DNA from: Azolla caroliniana
Taxonomy: Eukaryota; Plantae; Polypodiophyta
Direction of reading: 5' to 3'
Assembly (NCBI GenBank): GCA_043228905.1
Contig: JBHGNT010000010.1
Span: 13,950,001 to 14,014,000 of the forward strand
DNA length: 64,000 bases
A model generated the notes under the pieces. The model ran no database searches. It was not told the origin of the DNA and was given only the letters and a program-made list of their open reading frames with translations. Numbering within the stretch: position 1 is the first letter of the stretch; the number at the start of each line of letters is the position of its first letter. Of this stretch, positions 49,721 through 60,974 are shown piece after piece. Position numbers and translations under genes: made by a program.

Positions 49721-51449
49721 TGTCAAGATTTGAACTCTTGACATAACCATGTTGTAATCGAGTGTTATGTGTTAACCACACATCTAGCATATAATCATGT
49801 ATATACTTCCTCATTGTAGGTTTTAGCTAGAATCATGTGCATAATTTCTCCCTTGTATTATTAACACTTGGCACATGCATGCGTACCTACTGCCTACATG
49901 CTCTATTGTATCACATGCGTGCAACAGGTATGCATGCCACTTAGTATAAATAGTTGAGTTCACCTTGAAGGAATTCAAGGTGAACAATGCCAGTCATGGT
50001 CATATCAATCTAGTATTCCCATTTCACCCATCCTCTCTCCTTGATCTTCATCTCTATCTTTATGCTCTTGTGTCATTCTGTCATCGCTCCGTCATAGCCT
50101 CATCATCTGTGCTCCGTCTTAGTCCGCACTTGGTGTGTCCGTGACAGTTTGTTCACCTTCCAACTAGAAGCATCACCCGTCTCCGTGATCGCCTTTGCTT
50201 CTAGAGTTACCATCTTCACCGTACCATCATCAACATCGCTTCATTTCCTATCTTCCTCGCCATTTCTATCTCCTAGTTTCTTCTCATAATTTTTATTGGC
50301 TTTTAGTTCTCCTCATCATTGTCTCTATTTTTTAGTTTCTTTCCCGTTCGTGTTCGTGTTCTAGTTCCCGATGAGGGCCGCACAAGGCCGCTCACTCCCA
50401 TTGGTGTTCGTGTTCCAGTTCCCGGTGAGGGCCGCATGGTCGCTCATGCCCATTGCGGCTCATGTTCCAGTTCTCGGTGAGGACCACACATGGTCACTCA
50501 CTCCAACTATTGTTTGTGTTCCGGATCCCGGTGAGGACCGACATGGTTCCTCATGCCCGTTGTTGCTCATGTTCTAGTTCCCGATGAGGACCACACATGG
50601 TCGATTAATCCCGTTTGTGTTCATGTTCCTGCTGAGGGCCACATGGTCGCTCACTCGTTCGTGTTCCATTTCTCGGTGAGGACAACATGGTTGCTCACGC
50701 CCGTTGGTGTTCGTGTTCCAACTCTCAACGAGGACCGTTCCAGTTCCCGACAATGACCCCACATGGTTACTCATGCCCCTTGGTGTTCATGCTCCCCGTG
50801 AGGACTGCACATGGTCGCTCACACCCGTTGATATTTGTGTTCCAGTTCTAGGCGAGGACCACACCTGGTCACTCATGCCCGTTGGTGTTAAATACCTCGT
50901 CTTGTGGAAGGGTTACTCCTTGTCTAGAATTTACAAAATACTTTTGAGGTGATCTAAGATTTTCATCAACAATATCCCCCAAAGTCGACAAACAATTTGG
51001 GATAATGTCAAGATTCGAACTCTTGACATAACCATGTTGTAATCGAGTGTTATGTGTTAACCACGCATCTAGCATATAATCATGTATATACTTCCTCATT
51101 GTAGGTTTTAGCTAGCATCATGTGCATAATTTCTTCCTTGTATTATTAACACTTGGCACATGCATGCGTACCTACTGTCTACATGCTCTATTGTATCACA
51201 TGCGTGCAACAGGTATGCATGCCACTTAGTATAAATAGTTGAGTTCACCTTGAAGGAATTCAAGGTCAACAACGCTAGTCATGGACATATCAATCTAGTA
51301 TTCCCATTTCACCCATCCTCTCTCCTTGATCTTCATCTCTATCTTTATGCTCTTGTGTCATTTCCCGTCTTAAGTTCCTCATGTCATCGCTCCGTCATCG
51401 CTTCATCATCCGTGCTCCGTCTTAGTCTGCGCTTGGTGTGTCCGTGACA
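49721..51449 (+). mobile_element. Non-autonomous (TRIM-like) derivative related to family B; LTRs 49721-50146 and 51006-51449
   Basis: TSD AATAA on both sides. The LTRs share U3/R with B and use the same PBS TTGTTCACCTT. The 860-bp interior has no gag/pol except a chromodomain scrap (KYLVLWKGY). Confidence 0.93.
50345..50890. repeat. ~55-57-bp tandem repeat inside the non-autonomous element
   Basis: GTTGGTGTTCGTGTTCCAGTTCCCGGTGAGGACCACACATGGTCGCTCATGCCC-type units, about 10 copies. Confidence 0.88.
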
Positions 51450-54400
51450 AATAAGGCTTCTTTCCGAATTTGTTCTGACTGCAGTTCATTTAATTTTTCA
51501 GTTGCTTGTATTCGGAGTGACGGAATCTGAAATTCTACTGGCATTATGGCTTCTAATCCGAAAGCCATTCGGAAAGGAGTTGATTTAATAGATGTTTTAT
51601 AAGACGTTTGATATGCCCATAAAGCACTCTAAAGCTTTTGATCCCAATTTGTATGATTTTCATTGACTATCTTTTTTAGTAATTTCTACAGTGTTTTATT
51701 TGTCGATTCTGCTAATCCATTTGCTTGTGGATAGTACGGAGTGCTCTTTTTATGAACAACCGCGTAATATGTGGATAGCTCATGTACAATTTTATTAATA
51801 AAATGGGTACCTTGATTGCTTACTAATTCTATCGGACACCCAAATCGACACCATATATTTTCGTACAAAATTTTTGCTGCTGATGCTGTCGTATTGTCCC
51901 TGAGAGTTTTAGCTTCTACCCACTTTGTACAGTAATCTGTGGCCACTATAATGTAACGATTACCTGTGTGTATGGCTGCTGGTTTAAATGGACCGACAAA
52001 ATCCAATCCCCATTTTTGAAATGGCTCCAAAGGCAAAACAGGTTGAAAAGGCATTCTGTCCTTTTCTGTGGGTTGCCCCAGTCTTTGACATAAATCACAT
52101 TTTCGACAATAGTCCACTGCATCCTTCATTACTTTCGGCCACCATAGGCCACTGTTCCATATTTTTCGGGCTGTAGTTTCTCCGGCATAATGACCACCTC
52201 CAATACCACAATGAGATTCTCGCAGAATTATCGATTTCTCAAATTGTCGTACTGTCCTTCTCCAAATTCCGTCTACACCTTTATGATAGAGAGTATCATT
52301 CAAAAAACAGAAATTCCGACTACGAACAACTAACCTTTTCCTTTCATCCGCCGATAGATGCTCGAGTGGTAGCCTTGTCGTAAGAAAGATTGTCATCTCA
52401 GAGATCCAAGCATCATTGCCTTCCTCATTTATTTCTTGTACCCATACTGCTTCCACTGGAAAGAGTTGGCCATCCGGAAAATCATCTGGCACACCTATAC
52501 CTTCTTCTCCCGACTCTAGTCGGCTAAGATAATCAGCAATCGCATGTTGTGATCCTGGTCGATGTAAAATGTCAAACTCGAATTCTTGCAATATCGTGCT
52601 AGTTTACCGGTTAATTCTTGTTTAGAGACCAAATAGAGAAGAGCAGAATGATCGACATGGAATGTAAATTTCTTGCCCAAAAGGTAGTAGCGAAATTGAT
52701 TGATACTATAAATCATTCCTAACGCTTCCCTCTCAGTTGTTGAATAATTTCTTTCCACTATCGAGAGTTTCCGACTAGCGTAATACACTGTTCTATACTA
52801 GTTTGGTTCGGATAACTGCATGAGTGCACTACCGATTGCTATATCAGATGCATCAACGAACACATGGAAGGGTTTATTCCAGTAAGGTGGTTGAACCATC
52901 AGAACTTTAGATAGCATTTTCTTGAGACACTCATACGCATCCTGTTCCACACTTGTCCATTGAAAAGGAACTTTATGCACCGTTGTGTGTAGAGGAATGG
53001 CCACATCCGCAAGATATCTAATCATCCTATTATGCCATCTAATCTGTCCCAAGAACCAACTAAGGCCCTTATCTGGGTCAACTGCAATTCCTTCTTGGCC
53101 GACAATATGGCCTAATAGTGTCCCATTAGTAAGCCGGACGCGCATTTTGCCGGATTCAAACTAAGCCGACCTTTCCGACATTGCTCCAAACATAGTTGTA
53201 AATGTTCGAAATGTTCCACTTTCCCGCTATACACGGCGAAATCATCCAGGAAAACTTGCATAAATGCAGGAATGTATTCTGCAAAGATTTCCTGTATAAC
53301 CCTTTGAAATGTGGTTTTTAATCCGAACATCATTACTACTGCCACAAATACTCCCCATTTAGTAACGAGGTTGTCTTCTCTTGATCCTTCGGATGCATCC
53401 TTACCTGATTATATCCACTAAACCCATCCAGGAAACTATATATTTCATGACCAACGACTGCATCTAAATTCCCATCCGTAAACGGTAATGGAAATGTGTT
53501 CGTTACTGTTGCTACATTTAGATTCCGATAGTCGACACATACTCGAATTTTTCCATTCTTTTTCAGAACAACTACAATCGGACTTAGCCATGTAGCTTTT
53601 TTTTACCGGTCGAATAAACCCTACCTTCAGGAGTTTATCTATTTCCTCTTTAACTTTAATTGCATAATTAGGATTTAAACGATACCTACGTTGTTGAACC
53701 GGTTTCACATCTTTCTATAAGTTAATTTGGTGTTGGCAAAAACCTAGATCTAGCCCTTTCATGTCTTCAAAAGACCACGCAAAAACATCTTTATATTGCT
53801 TTAGTAACCCAAGTAACCTTTGTTTATCCGCCATGCTCATATCTTTAGCCACCAACACTGTTTTTGGTTCACACTCCTTATCATCTTCTGCCAAATTTAC
53901 TTCCTCCAATGCCGAAGCCTGAACCTGTTGAGATACCTTCATTTCTCTTTCGGTAGCTTCCTGCTGCATTCGGATTTCATTCATTGTTTGCTCATCTAAT
54001 GGTAATTCCTCTTGTGCATCCATATACGGTGTCAAGGTTTGTAATATGTCTACTTCGAACAAAGGGATAATTGGGTTATCATTAAAATAATGATTTTCTT
54101 CGACCTCATCTAGTCCTTCCATCATATTTACGGCCTCTGCATGAATTGGCAAACATTGTTTACTCGTCGTAATCTTATTATGAATAGACACCCTGATTTT
54201 CGTCTTGCCTTTCCGGAATGTTAATAAATTTTGATTCCAGTTTTGCTTAATATTAGTAGTTTTTAACCATGGTCTACCTAATAGCAAAGGATATGCTCCA
54301 GAAGCTTCCAAATGAAGCACCACTGCTGATATTTGAAAAGTGTGACCTCCTAATACGACATTCAACTGCCACAGTAACCCAATTGGTCATACCATACTAG

Positions 54401-57400
54401 TATAAGTCATCCTTAGCCAAAATGGACATGCTTCCCATTTGGTAATGCCAAGCTTATCACAAGTAGTTCTATTAATTACATTCACGCCTGAGCCACCATC
54501 GACAATAGCACCTTCTATTTCTTGCCCATGGATTATTACTTTAATAGAAGGATTTTGCTCATCCATAATTGAAGGATTATTACTCGGCTGATTATAGTGA
54601 ATGTCTACATGTTCCGTCCCTTTTTGGGCAATTAAAGTTGCCACTTTCTTTGTGAACCTAGGAACTAATTTGAGTAATCCCGTCAAAGGTAATGATACTT
54701 GGCAATCCGCCAAGATTTTCCAAGTTTCTGCTTGTTCTGGTACGACCATAACTTCGGCCAATTCATTAGCTTGATTAATCTCATTATCTTGGAGCATTCG
54801 GGACACATTGTTTTTATTCACTTCTTCTACCCATTCCTTGGTTGCTTTCCGAACAGCTTCCTGAATTTCCCACTCTCATTGTTTACTTTTACTTCTGGTG
54901 GTCACTTGCTGAATTTCCAGCATTACCATATGCACAGCCGGTGTTTTTCCTTTTCCTTTAGACGGACATTGATTTGCATAATGGCCCTCCTGTCGGCAAA
55001 TATAGCAGGTAGGAACAAATGTTCCACTCCCTTCGCCTTGCGCAAACCGATGATTTCCATCTTCATTAGAATATGAGGGTTGTTGAAATTGTCGTGACAC
55101 TTTTTGCTTATAGAATTTTTTATTCTTATAGCAATTTTGTTTAAACCGTCCTCCATTGTTTTGTTGATAGTCGTTATCTTGTGCCATCGAAAAATCTTGA
55201 TTCTATTGATAATTATTTTGTCGAGCGGTTTCTTGGTACCCATTATTGAATATATGTCGATTATTCTGGTACCCATTTTCCGGAAAAATTTGCCATATTG
55301 GTGTCGCTGTTTTGTTAAGAAGATTATATTCACATTGCTCGACCGAATGAAGTTTAGAATGACATATTGTGCAATGTGTTCGCAAACTACATTCTATTGC
55401 CGAATGCACAGTATTCAAACATGTCGTACATTGAATTGCTTGCCAAAACTGCAACTCCTCCCGAGTCGGCAACGTATGATGTAATGACGACATATCCATA
55501 CTCTCTATATTTTTCGGATTCCAGCCCATAGCGATTGCTTTATCAATCACTTGCTCGATCGTTTGATTCCAGAAATCGAACACTACTAATTTTGTTTGTA
55601 ATGGTTCACGAATTGCTTCAAGGAATATGTATCCTTCAATTCGTTGTCCGGAATAGACCTGGAAATCTGGAGTTGTAAATTCTAAAAATGGATGACAAAT
55701 TGAGACACCGTTTCATGTGGCTCTTGATACAACGCATAAAATTGCACTATCAGATCCTTTTGAGGAATCTGACGATGAAATAATTGCAGAAATTTGGTAT
55801 TTAATTGTTCAAATGTTTCGAACGCACGAAAACCATTTTGCGCAAACCAATTAGCGGACTGACCATCTAATGACAAAACAAACTTAGCAATTTTAGATTT
55901 ATCTTCGGCTACTACTGATAGCCTCTGAGCTCCATGGTTAATTTCCCATGTTGTCAAGAAATCCCTAACATACGCTTCTGCATCATCACCTTCCCGAAAT
56001 TTAGAATACGGGTAAGGCATATTGTCTTCACTCCAGATATCATAAAATGATATCTCCTCCTCCTGATTCTCGTATGACTGATTATCAGTTAAATCAGGGA
56101 GCGCAGACCACCTTCTACTTGTTTCTGGCTGTAACTCTATAGCCGAATCTTTTTCTAGTGTCTTCGTAATCGAACGTATACGAGGATGTTTACAACTGAC
56201 TAGTGTATCTGGACCAGACGACATCCATTCGACTTGTTCTCTGCTAGCTACAGATGTAACCAGGTGTGCCAAAATTATACTGTGTTGTTCGGTCGACAAT
56301 AACTATTGTCGACACAGTATAGGATGAACGTTGCTCACCAAACATTCTATCAATGAATTGTGGTTTAGACGAATAGATACTAAACTGGTTGTAAACTTAT
56401 CGATGTTCAGTAGGCATTGAGATCGCTATTTATGTAATAAGTTATAACAGAAAGGAAACAGATTGACAGAGCGTTTCATACACAGAATTTTCCTAAACTA
56501 ACTTTATATTACTAAATAAAATGATGTCTCTTTACACTGCCTTCAATTCCTTTTATAGGCAACCAGAAGGACTTCCTCATCAAGAAAACATATTGCCAAA
56601 CATGGCAAGAACTACAAAATCTTTAACTAACTTATAATTTCAATTTTACTTCGGCCATATGTTGACTCATCGATCCTCTATACCGATCCGAATCCGACTC
56701 CGAGTCCAAACCTTCTTCATTTCCGACTCCGACACTTCCCCACTTGTCCGGGTAACATCTGATTTCGACGATTCTCGGTTGTTCCGGTTTCTCCAAAAAC
56801 CAGAACCACTCTTCGTGGCTCGTCATGTGGTTTGACACTCTGGAATCAACATACCATACTTCCTCCGATCCGGAAGTGGTCTTCTTCATTGAGTTCACCT
56901 TGTGCTTCATCATGAAGGTTGGCCCTTTTCCGGTCTTCTCGGTTCCGGATCCTTCCGATCGTTCTATGTAGTGCAAGCTTTGTCGGTTCCCTTGTCCGGC
57001 CTTGCCAGATCTGGATTTATCTGAATCGGCATGCTTCTTCCAGCACTCGCTCTCTCTGTGGCTTTTTTTGCCACAGTACTAACATTTCGTATCAATTTTC
57101 GACTGTCAGTTTCTGTCTCTGACTTGACTCCCCCTACTTGTGGAGGGTCCGGAATTGCTGTCAGCATCGTCTCTATGCCGGCCGCCTCCATTGCGTGCCG
57201 ACCCACCTCGTCCTCCACGCCCACCGGGTCAATCCGCCTCCGTGTACAACATCCGGTTGAGTGGTGCTCGACCCACTCGCGTGGTTCTCTTCGACCATCA
57301 ATATGGATTGTAAATCGAAGAAGGACGGTGGCTTCTCCCGGGTGCAAATTGTCGTCCGGATTGGCCTGTACCGTTGTGCTAGACCACCAAGACAGATCTG

Positions 57401-58174
57401 GACCATCTCGTCTTCTTCCACCGTTACGTTGATGGATCCGAGTGCATCAGAGATCTCCTTAATCTTGGTGGTGTAGTTCGTAACCGACATATCTCTCTGC
57501 CGGATGTTGTTCAACTCTTGCCAGAGCTACAACTTACGGGTTGTGGTACTTGTGGCCTCCTTTGGCGTTTTTGCATCCTTGACGTAGCCGAGCATCTGAT
57601 CATGCACACTGGACGAGAGGCAGTACAATACTCGGCTCGCTCCTTGCTCCCATGCCTAGAAGTCTTTGTGTGCCTACTCCGATGTTACCTCGTTGGTTCC
57701 TTCCACATAGCTGCAATATCCATGCCCCAGCAGGTACTGGTGCATTTTATATGACCAGGATGCATAGTTGCTCCGGTCGACCTTTTTTGTGGGAAGCGAA
57801 CTTGCCATACCTCTGTCCATTTCGGTTCTCTACTGTTCTTCACCGGGTGTTAGGGTTTGTCTTCGAAAGCGTTTGTCGGCTGCAGAAGAGTCTCAACCCT
57901 CGCACTCTAATACCATGTGAAAGTTAGTGTGCGGAAGCTTGACAAAACCGGTTTAGCCGGGCAACAACAGAGAATAGAAAACACAGGTTCAATGGAAGCT
58001 TGAGAATATTTAGCATACACAGGAGAGACAGAGAGAGAAAGCAGAACATAAAACTCTATTCTAAAATAATAATCCTCTGTGTCATTCTATACAACGTGCT
58101 AAACATCACTACTTATACAAGTCCTCAAAAGGATTGACAGAAGTGCTGACAGGTACTTCCATGCTCATACGAGC

Positions 58175-58679
58175 GCTGCGACATAAATTAACTGATCAAG
58201 CCGACCGGGTAATTGAGATCCGGCCGAGTGATCGTGAAATAAATTAGGCTTTCGACAATTTGTTGGAACCGTGTTAGGTCGCACGCCTTTCCTTAATCTC
58301 GGCGAAGCTTGACGTTTCTGTCTAGAGGAGTTGAGATGGACTTATAGTTTGCGATCCTGAATTTGAAGAGTATACCCAGCATGTAATGCCGTTGGCTGAT
58401 CAGTATGCCTTTGGGTATGCGGATCACATCGATCCCTCGGAAGTAATGAAGGTCCCCTAGGTCCTTCATGTCGAATGATGCATCGAGTTGGGACTTTACG
58501 CGGCCAATTTCATCTAGGTCCGCGCCGACGAGGACTAAATCATCAACACAAAGTAAAATACTAACCGGTCCATGTTGACCTTGCCGGACTAACAATGAAG
58601 AGTCCAATTTGGACGTCGCAAACCCCATCCGACACAGGCATTGCGTGATCTTCGCATTCCACAGTAGCGTTCCACGTGC
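58175..58679 (-). mobile_element. Copia RT fragment (L), J-like
   Basis: WNAKITQCL..ILLCVDDL..MKDLGDLHYF..TITRPDL. Confidence 0.85.
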
Positions 58680-59314
58680 TGTTGTGAAGATTTTCAACAA
58701 CGGTGTGAAAATAAGATGGAACGGAGAAAATCGAGAAGCTACAATGTGCACACGAATGAATGGGGTGATGGTTACACTTGTACATTAGCATGTTGTAAAT
58801 ATGAATGAAATGAGAACCCCTAAGGCCTAGTAGCATTTTCTTGCATACCAAGGAGTGCAAGTAGGGTTTGAACCTTACACCTCCAAGTTAAGACACAATT
58901 GACTTACCATTAAGCTAAGTTGTTACTTGTACTTTTATCATTGTATTTTTCACATGTAAATGCTCATACATGAGAGCTTGAATGAGTGACATGGTCATCA
59001 TGCATCACATGCGATGCATGAGCACCAAATGGCAATCATGCATTGCATGCATCTCATGGATTGTATGCATGTCTTACACCCTCACATGCATCATATGCAT
59101 GGGGGCATCTATACAAGAAAGAAAGGAAGGGAAAAAGGGGGGTGATCAATCTATGCATCAATCAAGCTATGTATTGAATCAACATCTTAATATTAAAAAA
59201 CCTATTTATCTTATTTGTGACTTGTCTAGTTTCTCAACATTGATGTCAAGGGTTCAAACCCGGAAGTGGAATTTCCATCCATCTATCTATCTATCTTAAA
59301 CACTTCCTCAATTC

Positions 59315-59362
<48 letters not shown>

Positions 59363-60974
59363 GCCACATTAGTGCGTAATTTTGGCTACTACAATTTCAT
59401 TTCGTGTGATCGTTCACTCTATCTCTGGAATTCTCATCAAGAAGGAAATAGCACCGGCAAAGATCATTTCACCATCGTCGTCGCCTGCTGAATGTTGCAC
59501 ACAACCACATTACTGCCGCCTACACATCAATCCACCAAAGAACAACCCGACAATAAACCTAAAACGGCTAATTTGTCTGCTCCATAACCACTAGCGGATA
59601 GAGGCCAGATGCTTATCCGCGCCTGTGTGACACGCACATTGTGACTTTTGGCACGTCTGTCACGCGCCACACGACATCTATTTGGTGAACCCGACATGAA
59701 CAACACAAGGTGGTAATGGAGGCAATGCGAATGATGGATGTGGTCTTGCTTGCTTACAACTTAGAGCAGTCGATTAGAATAGAAGGTGGTGCAAGGTTCG
59801 TAATCCTTCTATTTGTAAGGAAGGCCATCAAAATGTTGTTGCGTGAAGATAAGGATAGAGCGATGGAGTATCTCAAGCTGGCAAGGAAAGTCAAAAGACT
59901 ATATCAAGAAGTTCCGGATTGGTACGAAGTGGTTACGACGTCAAGATTCGGGCCTCAACCTTTTTATGGTTTACTCAACAATGACGAAGATGAAGATGAT
60001 CGAGATGATTGTGATTATTGTCATAAAGAGACTTTCAATGTAGAATGTGGGCTCGTAAGGAAAGATGGAGATATTCGAGGATGCGGTTGTGAAGAGAGAC
60101 ACGATGAAAAACGTGGGCTCAAGAGGGAAGATCAAGATATTCGAGGATGTGATCATGAAGAGACATACGACAAAGAATGTGGGATCAAGACAAAAGATCA
60201 AGATATTTGAGGATGTGATAGTGAAGAGACATGCGATGAAGAACAAGGGCTCAAAACGGAAGAACGAGATATTCAAGGATGCGGTCATGAAGAAGAACGT
60301 GGGCTTGACAAGACAGATCGACATGCCTATGGTCATTACGAGGATTGTTGCAAACTCGACAAAAGAAAAACATGTGACGAAGAACACGATCTTGAAGGGA
60401 GAGATTGTGATTGTCATCATGAAGATCATTGCAAACTGAAGAGAAGAGAGAGATGCACTGAAGAAGGATACAATAATGAAGAGAGATGCGATGAAGAATG
60501 TGGGCTCAAGAGGGAAGATCGAGAAGGATGCGATCATGAAGAGACATGCAGTGATGAAAGTGGGCTAGAGGGGAAAGACCAAGATACTCAAGGATGTAGT
60601 CATGAAGAAACATGTGACAAAGAACATGGGCTTGAGGAGAAAGATCAAGATCTACACGGTTATGATAAAGACAAAGATCATTACAAACTCACAAAGAGAG
60701 CTCGAGATCTACAAGGTTATGATCATGACAAAGATTACTATAAACTCAAGAGGAGAAATCAAGGTTGAGCTCTTCATGGTTGTGCTACACTCGAAAGTCG
60801 TGATGGTGAGAGAAGTTGGAATCTAGACTCTCATGGTTTAAATTGTGATGATGAGTCTCATAGGTTTAATGAAGGCCTCAAACAAGAGGAGAAGTTAGAC
60901 AGAGATGAAAACTTTACATTTAAACGTGATGACAGTGACGATAATAACGATAAACATGATTTAGGGCTTGATGA
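58680..60974 (+). mobile_element. LTR element O: 5' LTR 58680-59676, tRNA-Trp-like PBS, repeat-rich first ORF, interrupted by H
   Basis: Termini TGTTGTG...CACGACA. TGGTGAACCCGACATGA at 59683-59699 resembles the complement of the tRNA-Trp 3' end. It interrupts RT fragment L at 58679. Confidence 0.7.
59716..60974 (+). pseudogene. ~420-codon reading frame with 20-aa Cys/His/Asp/Glu-rich repeats and two in-frame TGA
   Basis: The frame is continuous except for TGA at 60208 and 60766. The unit is approximately RGCDHEETCDEERGLKREDQDI with 60-nt periodicity. Confidence 0.65.

Larger units (their letters stand above)
45942..56757 (-). mobile_element. Non-chromoviral (Athila-like) Ty3/Gypsy element K with an extra 3' ORF; LTRs 56757-56283 (5') and 46416-45942 (3')
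   Basis: Two 475-bp LTRs (about 22 differences) with degenerate TSD TCCGG/TCTGA and TATAAAA on the minus strand. Gag ~56030-54876, PR IVDGGSG, RT VFLDD, RNase H VDASDIAIG, IN PFQKWGLDFVGP. Confidence 0.92.
41743..58174 (-). mobile_element. Decayed Ty1/Copia element J; 3' LTR 41743-42185, 5' LTR 57916-58174 (truncated), split by K
   Basis: PBS TGGTATTAGAG at 57915-57905, gag 57810-57170, PR WYVDS.., IN 45900-44900, RT 44346-43300 (YVDD), RNase H YTDADWAG, PPT at 42186-42197. Confidence 0.9.

Noticed and set aside
50345-50890. Possible CRISPR-like array
   Set aside because: Units are degenerate along their whole length, with no repeat-spacer alternation.
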